NCBI GenBank assembly: GCA_002189035.1
Contig: NEEC01000009.1
Location: forward strand, 124,001 to 188,000
Direction of reading: 5' to 3'
From: Utricularia gibba
Taxonomy: Eukaryota > Plantae > Magnoliophyta
DNA: 64,000 nt
The notes below the pieces were generated by a model. The model was not told the origin of the DNA and made no database searches. It saw only the letters and a program-made list of their open reading frames with translations. How positions within the stretch are numbered: the stretch's first letter is position 1; each line of letters starts with the position of its first letter. A program made the translations under genes and the position numbers. Below, one piece after another: positions 1 through 11,942 of this stretch.

Positions 1-984
1 CAAAAGTCTGGTTTCCACAATGAAAAGAGACTTACTTCTTTTGATTTACATAGAATAATAAAGTTTTCTAAAATTTCTGATTTTTGTAAAAATAATATTG
101 ATTTCCTGAAAGTCTCATCAGCATTTCCGTAAATCACAAATAAAAGATGGTCAGAATGACTTCATCATCCAGTCGATGCGTCTTTGCTGGGTGACACAGC
201 CGGTTTCTGAAACCTGCAAATTTTATGAAAATTTTGGCAGTTTTACTTTAACCCCACCCAAGTAACAAAGAAATTACCACCTCAGTACAAGTCGTTGCCA
301 CATTGAATGTACACACTTTTGGGCCACATGGCAGGAAATCATTATAGATGAATGTACAGCCGATGCGAGTGGTTGAAACGACATAAATAATTTTTATTGT
401 GCTTCGTTTCTTAGAGCCATGCAGAGTTCGCCCCCACAGCATTTACATCCACCCACATGCCATGGCGCATCGGGGTTTACCATAAGATGAGCCTCAGGCG
501 CGTGCACCTCTGGTTGGGGAGGGCACAGCATGACAGACAGATGCCAAATATATAATCAGTATATGTTGGGTATTTGTTGTGTTTTGTGCATGCGCTAATT
601 GTGCAAGTCGCTGAGATTGTGATCAAGCAAACCTGAGCATTCTTGAGTTATAGATGGTAAACGATAGGGATTGATGATTAGGTGTCTAAGGACAACGTGA
701 TCATTGCCCTCTCTGATGTACGACTTTACCTTCTTCTTCCCTCCATTACCTTCTCAAACCACCATTCATTCCTATTCTACTCTTTGGTGTGAGACTGGTT
801 TGGGGTGTGGGTTTGAGCCTGGGACTCAGGACCGTGGCTGGCTGCTGTGGTAACTGTAACTCCTTTTGTTTGCCACCGCATCTCATTTATGAAACTCCAC
901 CATCCAAGCTTCTACTGTGTATATATTACCTGGTACCATGGCACAAAAACCAACATCCATCACATTATTCACCTTTCGCTCACA

Positions 985-2491
985 ATGTTCTCCTTTGAGT
1001 CCATGGTGCCTCTTCTCCCTATTGTGCTTGCTCTTGCCTCCGTAGCCAGCCCGGCCGAAGGTCGAGCATTCTTCGTCTTCGGGGACTCTCTAGTCGACAA
1101 TGGCAACAACAACTACCTCGCAACCACAGCTCGTGCGGATTCGCCTCCCTACGGCATCGACTATCCTACTCACCGTCCCACCGGCCGCTTCTCCAATGGC
1201 CTCAACATCCCTGATATCATCAGTAAGCATTACTTCCCTCTCCCTATCCTTTCTATCTATATGAACGTACTTTGATGTTAAGTAGGAAGCGAAGGGAAGA
1301 TGACATCTAAATTGATACAGGTGAGAGACTGGGAGCAGAGTCCACTGAGCCATACTTGAGCCCTGCCCTCAGGGGCCAGAAGCTTCTTGTTGGTGCCAAT
1401 TTCGCCTCTGCAGGAGTTGGGATCCTCAACGACACCGGCTTCCAATTTGTAAGTGGATTTGACATTTTATAAGGCAAAAGTAGAACTAGGCTTACGCCAA
1501 AGCTTGCTCATGTGTTGGTTCCTTGCAGCTGAATATCATTAGAATTTACAAGCAGCTGGAGTACTTCCAGCAATACCAGACGCGTGTAGCTCAGCTGATA
1601 GGCCCTGAGAATGCAAAAAACCTAGTGAACCAAGCACTTGTCCTTATCACCCTGGGAGGCAATGACTTCGTCAACAATTACTATTTGGTCCCATTCTCAG
1701 CAAGATCGAGACAATTCGCTCTCCCTGACTACGTCCCCTACATCGTCTCTGAATACCGCAAGATCCTACTTGTAATTAGCTACACCTTTGTTTTTTTCAT
1801 ACAAACTAATGTAAGAAATACTAACTTCGTTCCTGCGAGTGCAGAAACTGTACGATTTAGGAGCCAGACGGGTCCTTGTCACCGGAACCGGACCCTTGGG
1901 TTGCGTGCCCGCCGAACTGGCGCAGCGCAGCCGGAACGGAGAATGCGACCCGGAACTCATGCGTGCTGCCACCCTCTTCAACCCGCAGTTGCAGGCACTC
2001 ACTTTTCTTTTTCCATATTCAAATTACAAAGAGAAAAGAAAAAAAATGTTATCTTCCTACCGTACCCTATTCAATGCTGCATCCTCTCAGGCAATGGTGA
2101 GTAAGGTGAACTCCGAGATTGGATCCGACGCCTTCATTGCCGTCAACACTAGGAAAATGCACATGGACTTCATCTCCAACCCTCAGGCCTTCGGTTCGTC
2201 CTTTTCTTCTTCAAGTTCCCAACGTACATAAATACTCATACGAAGAATCCAACAGGGTTCGTGACATCAAAGATCGCATGCTGCGGACAAGGGCGGTTCA
2301 ACGGGATCGGGCTCTGCACCCCAATGTCCAACTTGTGCCCGAATCGAAACATCTACGCCTTCTGGGACGCCTTCCACCCATCGGAAAGAGCTAACAGGAT
2401 CATCGTGGATCAAATGTTCAACGGAGATAACGAGTACATGCATCCCTTCAACCTCAGCACCATCGTGGAACTCGACGCAGCCAGGGTCTGA
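985..2491 (+). CDS. GDSL esterase/lipase (LTL1-like), tandem copy 1. Exons 985-1222, 1321-1448, 1529-1771, 1845-1994, 2091-2193, 2256-2491
   Basis: Signal peptide, [16 protein letters not shown] (GDSL block I), [21 protein letters not shown]-terminal FWDAFHPSE. Splice phases are consistent. The alternative ATG is at 1003. Confidence 0.95.
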
Positions 2492-3134
2492 AACCCGCTA
2501 CCAGCAACATAAAGACTATCTATCATCCTCCATATGATTCTTCCATTTATGTAATCTCACTCCTAGATTCGGTGTCCACTTGCTCTTGGGGAGCACCCAT
2601 TTGGTTTTTTTTTTTTTTTTTAATTTTTGATGTGCTTCATCATGCGAATCAATAAATGTTACGCAGGAACTCACATGGTTTTGTTGGATGTGTTTGGTTG
2701 GCGTATTTATGTATACATTTTATGTTGAATCTCGCTTTTTTTCTTAATATTTTTAAAATGAATATAAAATATCAATTAATTCAATACATATAAAAATCTC
2801 GACCATCATAAACCAATTGGAACTGCCGCGCATTTTAATACTGAACAAAGTAGGTGGTTGCTTCAAACAAAAAAGGATATCGATGTGCAACATTTTATAT
2901 TATATAGATGGATGGCATTGTGGTTTGTGAGGGTGACATGACGTGTATATAAAATAAGGTGGACTTGGTCAACTATAAATAAAGACAGGGAGTTAAGGTT
3001 TTTATTGGAATTTATTTCAATTTCTGTAGTGCGTAATTTAAAAGAAAAAAAATATTTTCACATTAGTGTCTCAACCGCAGGCGGGGTTAGTGCATTGCGT
3101 TTTTAATCGACGTTAAATGATAGAATACGTATTA

Positions 3135-3578
3135 GGCCTCATTTGATAGTACGTTTTATTTACGTGACACTAAATGTAGGTGGGATTAATTTACACTAAA
3201 ATGAGTGATTTGAAAAAATATGAACATATTTGATAAGAAATAATTATTTATCACTATAAAGTTTTATAATTGAATTTATATATAAATTATTCATAATTAA
3301 TTATTTGTATATACTTATTTATTATGTGATTAATATTGTATATTTAATTGATTGTATAATATCGTATTTTACTATAATATTGTATAATATTATAAGAAAA
3401 ATATAATATTGTATTTTATATTATATACGTGTCTGTATTTTAGTATAAATGAAATATTAAATAATAAAGTTGATGGTATATTTAATTCACTTTGTTATAT
3501 ATATCACTATTTATTAATCGTATGATTAAAATGTTTTATTTAACGTAAACCAATTCTTCACATACTTCCAAACGAATC
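3135..3578. mobile_element. Possible Tourist-like (PIF/Harbinger) MITE
   Basis: AT-rich block starting TTA|GGCCTCATTTGA and ending CCAAACGAATC, which are degenerate Tourist-type termini. Confidence 0.4.
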
Positions 3579-3644
3579 TCATAGATTACGGATATATGCC
3601 TATTAAGGGAATGCGAAATGTTATATGGCTTGGATTCCGTTGGG

Positions 3645-4310
3645 GGGAATGAGTTAAATACCTGAACTTTTTTATTTTATTTGCCATTTACCCTAGTTAT
3701 AGCAAAGATTTGTAAATTACCAAAAAACTAAGTTGTTCTTTGCGTTTTTCCCTACTTTATGCTTTTTTCGTTTTTGAATGTTTTTTTTTTTTGGATTTCT
3801 AATTTAGGGGTTCAATTTTAAAGTTTAATATTTAGTATTTATAACTTAGAAATATTATATATTAAGTTTTCATAATTTTATGATTACTGATTTAGAGTTT
3901 AGGGTTTAAGATTTCATAATTTTTTAAGATTACTGATTTAGGGTTTAAGATTTTAATTGGGATTTAATTTTTTTGGTTTCAGATTTAAATTTTAGAGTTG
4001 AAGGTTTAGATTTTAGAACTTGATATTTAGTTTTCTGATTTAATATTTAAGGGTTTAAGATTTGAAATTTAAGTTTTAGATTTTAAGTATAGATTTTAGG
4101 GTTTATATTATGATATTTTTAAATTTCAAATTTAGTATTATGATTTGAATAAAAATTAAGTTTTATGTATTTTTATTTTTTATAATTTAATTTATAAATT
4201 AAATCTTAATATAAAGTATTTTACAAATGGTAGACGAACATAAGTTAATTTTCAAAGAAAAGTTGAAAGTAGGGTAAAATACAAATATAATGCACCTGAC
4301 AAAGGTAAAA
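3645..4310. mobile_element. Possible non-autonomous MULE/foldback-like element with degenerate telomere-like (TTTAGGGTTT) subrepeats
   Basis: Very AT-rich, with several TTTAGGGTTT variants and loosely inverted ends (TTTACCCTAGTT near 3697, AAGTAGGGTAAA near 4267). Confidence 0.4.
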
Positions 4311-4795
4311 CGTCGAGGGAGCCGGATTCGTTGCCCGAGTCTCCCCAAAAACGACTCGGTTTTTGAGACGGTGGAGACAATCTGGGCTTCTTTGAGCCCC
4401 TCGTAACTAGAGCCGAATTTCCCTTCTCAGGGAGGGATTCTGATGTGTATGAGGCGTGGGCCTATTTGACGAAGCGGTAGGCCCGTCTTCGTTTTGGCAA
4501 TAACGCAGACAATTATTGCCAGGGCGGACTGAATAATTGGATCCGATGACTGCGGTTAGACCTGCTTCGGCACTCATAAATGGCCACGCAGTTTGATGCT
4601 GAACTGGAACAACGAGTCAAAACGTTAATGCAGTCGAAGACTATGAACCAAAAACTCATCTCAACAACTTGTGGGATGACCCAAGTCCCCGGCATTTAAA
4701 GGCCACCACCGCGCTTTGTCGTATAAGAAAGACTGCAACCACAGCACCATTTCCATTCTCATCCACCCAAGCACCGCATCTTCTTCTTTCAGGGA

Positions 4796-6281
4796 ATGGC
4801 GGCTCTTGTTCCCCCTGCTCTCTTCTTCTTGGTTTTGCTCTTGGGGAACCTCGGGCTGCATGCCGGGGCGCAGACCAGGGGAACTCGAAATGCCTTCTTC
4901 GTCTTTGGTGACTCTTTGGTGGACAATGGGAACAACAACTACTTGGCGACTACTGCAAGAGCTGATTCCGCACCCTACGGAATCGACTATCCCAGCCACC
5001 GCCCCACCGGCCGCTTCTCTAATGGCCTTAACATCCCTGATCTCATCAGTACGCGCGTTTTTCTAGCTTCCATGCACATGTGTCTTTTCAACCGGGTATG
5101 CTGACTGAAGGTCGTGCTTTCGTGGCTTGCAGGTCAGCACTTTGGCTGGGAACCAACGCTTCCTTACCTGAGCCCTGAGCTATCCGGGCAGAAGCTTTTG
5201 GTCGGAGCCAACTTCGCTTCTGCTGGAGTTGGAGTACTCAACGACACTGGAATACAATTTGTGGGTGGTCCATTTATTCGTTTTTCTCTTTTTTTCTGAA
5301 AGATATCGAATCCGAGTTGTGTGTGCTTTTGCAGATAAACATTATCCGGATATACCAGCAGCTGAACTTCTTCCATCAATACCAGCAGAGGGTGAGTGCT
5401 CTCATCGGAAGAGAAGAGGCTAAAAGGCTTGTCAAAAACTCATTGGTTCTGATGACATTGGGAGGCAATGACTTCGTTAACAATTACTATTTGGTACCTT
5501 ACTCCATCCGCTCCCAGCAATACGCCATCGAAGATTACGTCCCGTTTGTCATTTCGGAATACAAAAAAGTCTTGAAGGTGTTTGTTCTTACCCCTTCCCT
5601 GGAGTGCAAGAATTTTAGATCCTGATTTTATGAAACATTGAACCATGCAGAGGCTCTATGGGCTCGGTGCTCGTCGCGTCTTAGTAACGGGTACGGGGCC
5701 GCTTGGTTGTGTGCCGGCGGAGTTAGCGCAGCACAGCGAGAACGGAGAATGCTCTGCGGAGCTGATGAAGGCGGCGGCGCTATGGAACCCGCAGTTGGTG
5801 ACAATGCTGGACCAGCTCAACGGGGAAATTGGCTCGAAAGTGTTCCTTGCAGCGAACACGAATCAAATGCACATGGACTTCATCACTAATCCTGAACAGT
5901 TTGGTACGAAAGCATTCCATTGCCTTCACTTATTCTGCTGCCATTTCACAGTTACTCCTCACCATATAATTCTGCAGCAGACATCCCTTGCACTCCCCCA
6001 TTGCGCATTCGAGCTTACTCCACTAACTAACGTACTCGACATTAATAGGATTCAAGACTTCGAAGATTGCTTGTTGCGGACAAGGGCCGTACAACGGGAT
6101 GGGACTCTGCACGAGGCTATCGAACCTGTGCTCGAACAGAGACGACTACGTGTTCTGGGATCCGTTCCACCCATCGGAGAAGGCGAACAGACTGATTGTC
6201 CAGCAGATCTTGACCGGCACCAACACCACCTATATGTACCCCATGAACCTGACCAGGTTCATGGATGAATCCACCTCCTGA
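4796..6281 (+). CDS. GDSL esterase/lipase (LTL1-like), tandem copy 2. Exons 4796-5048, 5133-5260, 5335-5577, 5651-5903, 6049-6281
   Basis: Signal peptide, [38 protein letters not shown]. Five exons with GT-AG introns. Confidence 0.95.
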
Positions 6282-7709
6282 TCCCATAGAAAATTAGAAG
6301 AGCACATGAGGTTTTCTAAAAAAATGTATCCATCCTCTTCCTTGATATTTTAAAATAATCTGAATTCTCAACAAGGTTTTTTTTATTGGAATTTTTTGTT
6401 TACTTTTCAAGATAAAATAGCTAAATATACTTAATTATAATTACAAAATTTAAAATAATAATTATCCTATATAATTTTTTATTATACACAATGAGTCATT
6501 TATCTATTAATATCATTTTATTCTACTAAATATATTAGTTTCTCACATTCATATTGATTAATAATTTATAAATTATACTTTTATAATAATTTTGATAATG
6601 AGTATTTAGCTTATTTAAATCATTGGTTATTACTCCAATTCTAAATAATCTATGTAATGTGCAAAATGAATTTTACATCTCTGTTCATTTTTGTTAATAT
6701 TCTTTAATAATAACCATTAGTCACTTCCAATTTTTCTGTTGATTTCACTAAAGATTTAATTTATTATTATGTCATCATTTCAAACGATTTCTAAACTAAT
6801 TTCACACAATCCATTTGTTCTTTACATATAGCAAATGTAAGTATTTATTATTGATTCTGATTCTATGAAATTAGCAATACATTATTAGTTATTCATCATA
6901 TAATGAAATTAATCTTTTTTCAGCATTCATCTCTCTTATTTATTATCATAAATTATATAATGTTCATCTTTGACATTGAGAATTTTTTATGTCAACATTC
7001 ATCTTAATTAATCGTATTTCAAATTCAAAACAATCCCTTGTAAGTTTTCATTCTAAAATTCTATTATTATATAATTTTCAATCATTACTCTTTATATTAT
7101 CTTCCATACCTATACAGTATCCCTAGTATCTCCCATTTCACTAATAGCTTCACCTTCATTTGTGATTGCTTGATAAATCTTTGAGAATATTTACATTAGT
7201 AGTTTCTTTACAATTTATTCATCCTGTTAGAATCTGATTTTTTTCTCCATTCTTTACCTTTCATTGCATGCTAGGTATCAAAGATAATTCAAGTTGATTC
7301 CATTTTTTATACTTATAATCCTTCACTATAATGTTTTCTGTAGACGACCTTCATCTATATTCATTCTTCTGTCCTCCGCATGAATTGAGCATATGACATT
7401 CTTCCACATTGCATCTTTTTCAATCATAAATCTCTACTACTATTTAACAAAGAACATTTTATTTTTTCATGTATAAATTTAATGGTCAATCGCCTCTTAA
7501 AAAATTAATGCATGTATTTTTCTCATTATATCTAATGATTTTTTTGTTTTTTCTTCTATATGTTCTAGAAGCTCGTTCCAAGTTGATTGTATTGGTCCAT
7601 AAAAGTTCATGTGTGAAGAGGATTTCCGAAGACTGTGCTAAGATGATTGAGAGTGGTGATGGGATTGATTGAGAAGTGGGAAATGCTATCCTCAATTTAT
7701 TTTTCAACT

Positions 7710-10700
7710 TGGTATCAAAAACCAATTTTGTGCCCTACTATTGATTCCTCCCTTTATTCTTTGTCTTAATCTCTAATTTCTATGCCCTAGTCAAACAATG
7801 AGGAACACTATGACCAACAAACAACTAATAGATCGATTACAATGATTTTGTGGACAAGTAGAGGATTGAGTGAAGATTATGAGGACCCCTATGACCACTA
7901 AATAGCTAAAGGCGATTATGGAGAGGATGGTGAAGTTGTTTTAAATATCACTTGAGGATATAGCATTGCTTAATAAGTTGTGGTACCCCATAATGAGACG
8001 ACATTAGTGTATATGGAGCTATCACCCTTAGAGTTTAAACTTGAAGGTACAAGGAGTTATCTTAGTTGTTCTCGTTCTATAAAGTAAGGACTATAGATGA
8101 AAAGTTCGAAGAGATTAATTTGTGTTAACATTTCTTAAAGAATAACTAATTAGACGAACACTCTTTAATCGATAATGAAAATGAAAATATAGCTAACAAT
8201 GATGTTTTGAATATTGAAGTTTCAAGAAGCCAACAACAATTGAGGCATACAACTCGAGGTACTACATAAATGCCTCTTGATAGATATGGAGATTGAGAAA
8301 CTTATGTGGCCACAATTTCACCTCTTCCAAAGACATTGTCAGAAGCTAAAACAAATCTAAACTAGTGACTCTCAATATTAGAAGAAATGATAGCTTTGGA
8401 AAAGAATGACACATTGAATTAGTTACTCTATCAAAAGAAAAGAAAACAATTAGATGCAAATGAATATATATTTCAAAGGAAACGATAAAAGGTGAAATTG
8501 AGAGATACAAATCCTGGTTGGTTATTACAGGATATAATCAAATATATGGAATTGACTATGAGGATACATTTGCACTAATTGCAAAGATGAACATGACCAG
8601 AATATTAATCTCATGTGCCGAACGTTAATTGGGAACTACAACTATTAGATATTTAAAATGCTTTTATGCATTATACGTGATGACACACATTTTTCCTGAA
8701 TTTTATAATATAAAATAGTTATATTTTATTATGGTTTAAGTTAGATAAATGTGGTTTTCTTATGTTTATGTGTGTTTAAGTTAATTTTGTGTGTTTGTGT
8801 TAAAAAGTGGACTAAATCTTTTGATTTAGTCCACAACCTTTGTTACTAATATTTCAGTAAGTTCAGCAGGAAGATTAGTTGAGAATCAAACTTGCAAATG
8901 TGTGGAACAAGTGAAAAAGGGCGCAAAATCCGGAGAAGGACAAAGAGCACTGTTCTACCGCCACCTGCAGTCTGTAAGTTCACGCCGGGAACAGTGCTGG
9001 CGGCAGGGAACAGTGCTGGCAGTCAGGAATAGTGCGATGGAGTGAAGGAGAGGGGATAATTTATTTCGAAAAGGAAGAGAGCGGGAAAAAGAACACACAG
9101 CAGCGAATAGCGAGCAAGGGGATGCAAGGGGGCTTCTTCCCCCACGCGAAAAACACCAACCAGAAGGGGGAGGGAAGGCCTCCATCATCAAGAGCAGCAC
9201 CGGAGCCTAGTCCAGCGCTATTGTTTCGGGCTGTGAACAATAGCAACCGGGCAAAAGAACAATCTTTATTTGCTTTTAGTTTTTTGAACATTTCAAGTTT
9301 TGCATTTGACTTGTTTAAAATGTTTTTGCCATTTTGGCCAACTTATATGAATGAAATCGTGCTTTATTTCCCAAGCATGAGTTGCTTAGAGGTGAAGTGG
9401 GGTGGTATATGCTTAGGGTTGATGATGAAATTTATGTGTGTTCCTTAACTCTTGTTTCCAAAAACCATGGGTAGACCTAAAGAGGAAAACAAGTAGTTTC
9501 ACAACTTAGATGCTTGGTTTAGAGGTAGACCAACAAACCAAGACAGGAGCAATCGGTGTTAGTCCATGGTAGAACCAGTAGAACCAGGTAGACCTAGTTC
9601 TATATGCTTTGCATGCAAGTAAACTTAATTACAATGTTGGTTATGATATTGGGGACTAGCTTAACCAAAAATATGATGAATGTCCTGGGTAAACTTAGGT
9701 TATTTGGAGTTGTGAGTATAGGAAGATGGTAAATTAAGTTAGGAACCTTAGCATAACACCGCCTACAAATCCTTAAGGCGTCTTCGTATTATTCTAAGTT
9801 AGAACCAGTACCTGTCACCTTTAGCGTTGAGATCTGATATTGCTTACCTACCTTGTTTACTGAACTTGTTTACCACTGTTAGTCCGAACTTAGATTAAGA
9901 CCTACTGCTATTCGAAATTATGCATTTACTAAAACACTTAGCAAGCACAAGCTCTTCGTGATCGACCCTGATACCCACTATACAAGTTTTCTAAATTTGT
10001 ATTTTGAGTATATTAGGAACTATAAATTTATTTGATAATGAAATTTCTATTTTTGCAACGACATTAGGAAATTTCTGTTTATCAATACGCCTAAGGAGGA
10101 GGTGTATATGGATATACCATCGAGATTTGCATTGGGTTTATAAATTTTATTTGATACGTGAATTTTCATAATAATGACGTTGCAAAATTTTTATTTATCA
10201 TAGAGCTTGAACATCTTCTCAGAGCCTCTCCTCATATTCTAGTATTGAGTTTGATTCTTTGGTTGAAAGCAATGTGGCTTGAGTGTGAGCATGTTTTTTA
10301 ATCCTTTGAACTTCTTCACATTTTGGTAACATTTCCAACCTTGGTTTTTTCCCATTGTTATTTCCACGTAACCATTGTGTCGTTTGCCTTTCTCTGCATT
10401 AAAACACAATGCATCACACATAAGGTGCGATAGTAATATAGTGTCCATGACCTTCTGTAAGAAAGTCTCATGCAATTCAACTAAAATCCTCTAAGAAGCT
10501 ATGAATTACTTGTGATGATCTTGAAGAAATTGCAAGGTTGAAAACTCAATTGGGAAAGGAATTTGAAGTTTGAGACTTAGATTTTCTGAACTATTTCTTA
10601 GAAATTGAGATTAAGAGATTATCCACATGAATACTTCTATCTCATCTACTAAATAAAACCAAGATGATGAACTTTCGGGCAGCTTGCCACCTATAGAACA

Positions 10701-11420
10701 AAATTTGAGATTGACTTTATAAAGAAGCAAACATATGAATAAGGAGTAGTATCAAAGTTTAGTTGGGAGGTTAATTACCTTTGTCACACACATCTTGATA
10801 TTTTTTATGCAGTAGAAGTTGTAAGTCTATACATCTATAATCCAAGGGAGAAATATATGATAGTTGTCTAGCACATTTTAAGATACTTGAAACATTGCCT
10901 GAGGAAAAGAATTTATTTCGAACCAAATAATCATCTTAGAATAGAGAGATATTGTGATGCTGATTAGGCAAGCTATCATGATGATCATCAATCAACATCA
11001 GGTTTTTGTGTGTTTATTGATTACAATCTAGTAAGTTTGAGAAGAAATAGGGCATTTTTACAAGATCAACTGGAGAGGTGGAATATTGTGCTATGGCTAC
11101 AAGTGTATGTAAAATGATATGGATTCTACATCTTTTTGATGACTTGAAACTATCTAGGAAAGATCCAATGAATTTACGGTATGATAACAAATCAGCAATA
11201 TGCATTGCCAACAATCATGTGCAACATGATTGAACAAAACATATCGAGTTTGATCGATTCTTCATGTGAGATTATATCTTGAATCAAAAGTTTGAGTTTA
11301 ACCATGTACCCTCTCAAGAGCAAGTGGCAAACTCTCTAACAATAGATGTGAGTATCACAGAGCATGAAGACATTTGTGATACGTTGAACTTGACAATGCC
11401 AACTCAACTTGAGAAGGAGT
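7710..11420 (+). mobile_element. Decayed Ty1/copia retrotransposon (RT-RNaseH remnants) interrupted by a solo LTR
   Basis: PBS-like TGGTATCAAAACC at 7710. RT remnants GIDYEDTFA..AKM and EEVYMDIP, RNaseH remnants DADW, EXEYXAMA and DNKSAICIANN..QHD.TKHIE, with many stops and frameshifts. PPT-like TTGAGAAGGAG at 11409-11419. Confidence 0.85.
8678..10084. mobile_element. Solo LTR (probably Ty3/gypsy Athila-like), 1407 bp
   Basis: TGAT...ATCA termini and perfect 5-bp TSD ATACG (8673-8677, 10085-10089). Copia RT reads on across the insertion. The lineage call is an inference. Confidence 0.85.
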
Positions 11421-11942
11421 GTGGAAGTATCATTTAATGTCATGTTTAGTGTTTTTGTTCGACAATTTTTGTCATATTGTGACAATATCAATAGGAGTAA
11501 GAATGAGTATAAGCGACACTTTCACTCTTATGGTTGAAAATGAGTTTTTCATCTCGATTGTTCTCCAAACTCATTTTCTTACTCATAAATCTTTAATTTG
11601 TTTTTCAATTATATTTAGTATACCAAATTTCAATGATTTCATTTTTTTTTATTTTAGAAAAAAATATTTCATAAAATATTAAGATGATCAATTTATTTAA
11701 CTATATCTTTTTCCATCGAGAAGCCATATCGGATGCCAATACTATATCGATGGTGCCTTCTCATTACAATGCCATACTGAAATCTCATTTTTAACTGATT
11801 TTTTTTTTTAAAAAAAGTCAATATTATTAGAGCACACTGAACTATGAATCTGTTGGGCTGTGATTTTGGATTGACGGGCCCAAGTAGTCTAGCCTCCTTA
11901 TCGGCAAATAACCGCCACGGTGAAGCAAGTCCTGCCACGGCG

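Noticed and set aside
120-760. Possible small spliced gene on the minus strand (donor- and acceptor-like sites near 283, 216 and 480)
   Set aside because: I could not assemble a recognisable protein in any frame.
3780-4110. Interstitial telomere
   Set aside because: The TTTAGGG units are scattered and degenerate, not a tandem array, and are better explained as TE subrepeats.
8955-9448. ORFs of 76-138 aa
   Set aside because: They lie inside a solo LTR and show no protein motifs.
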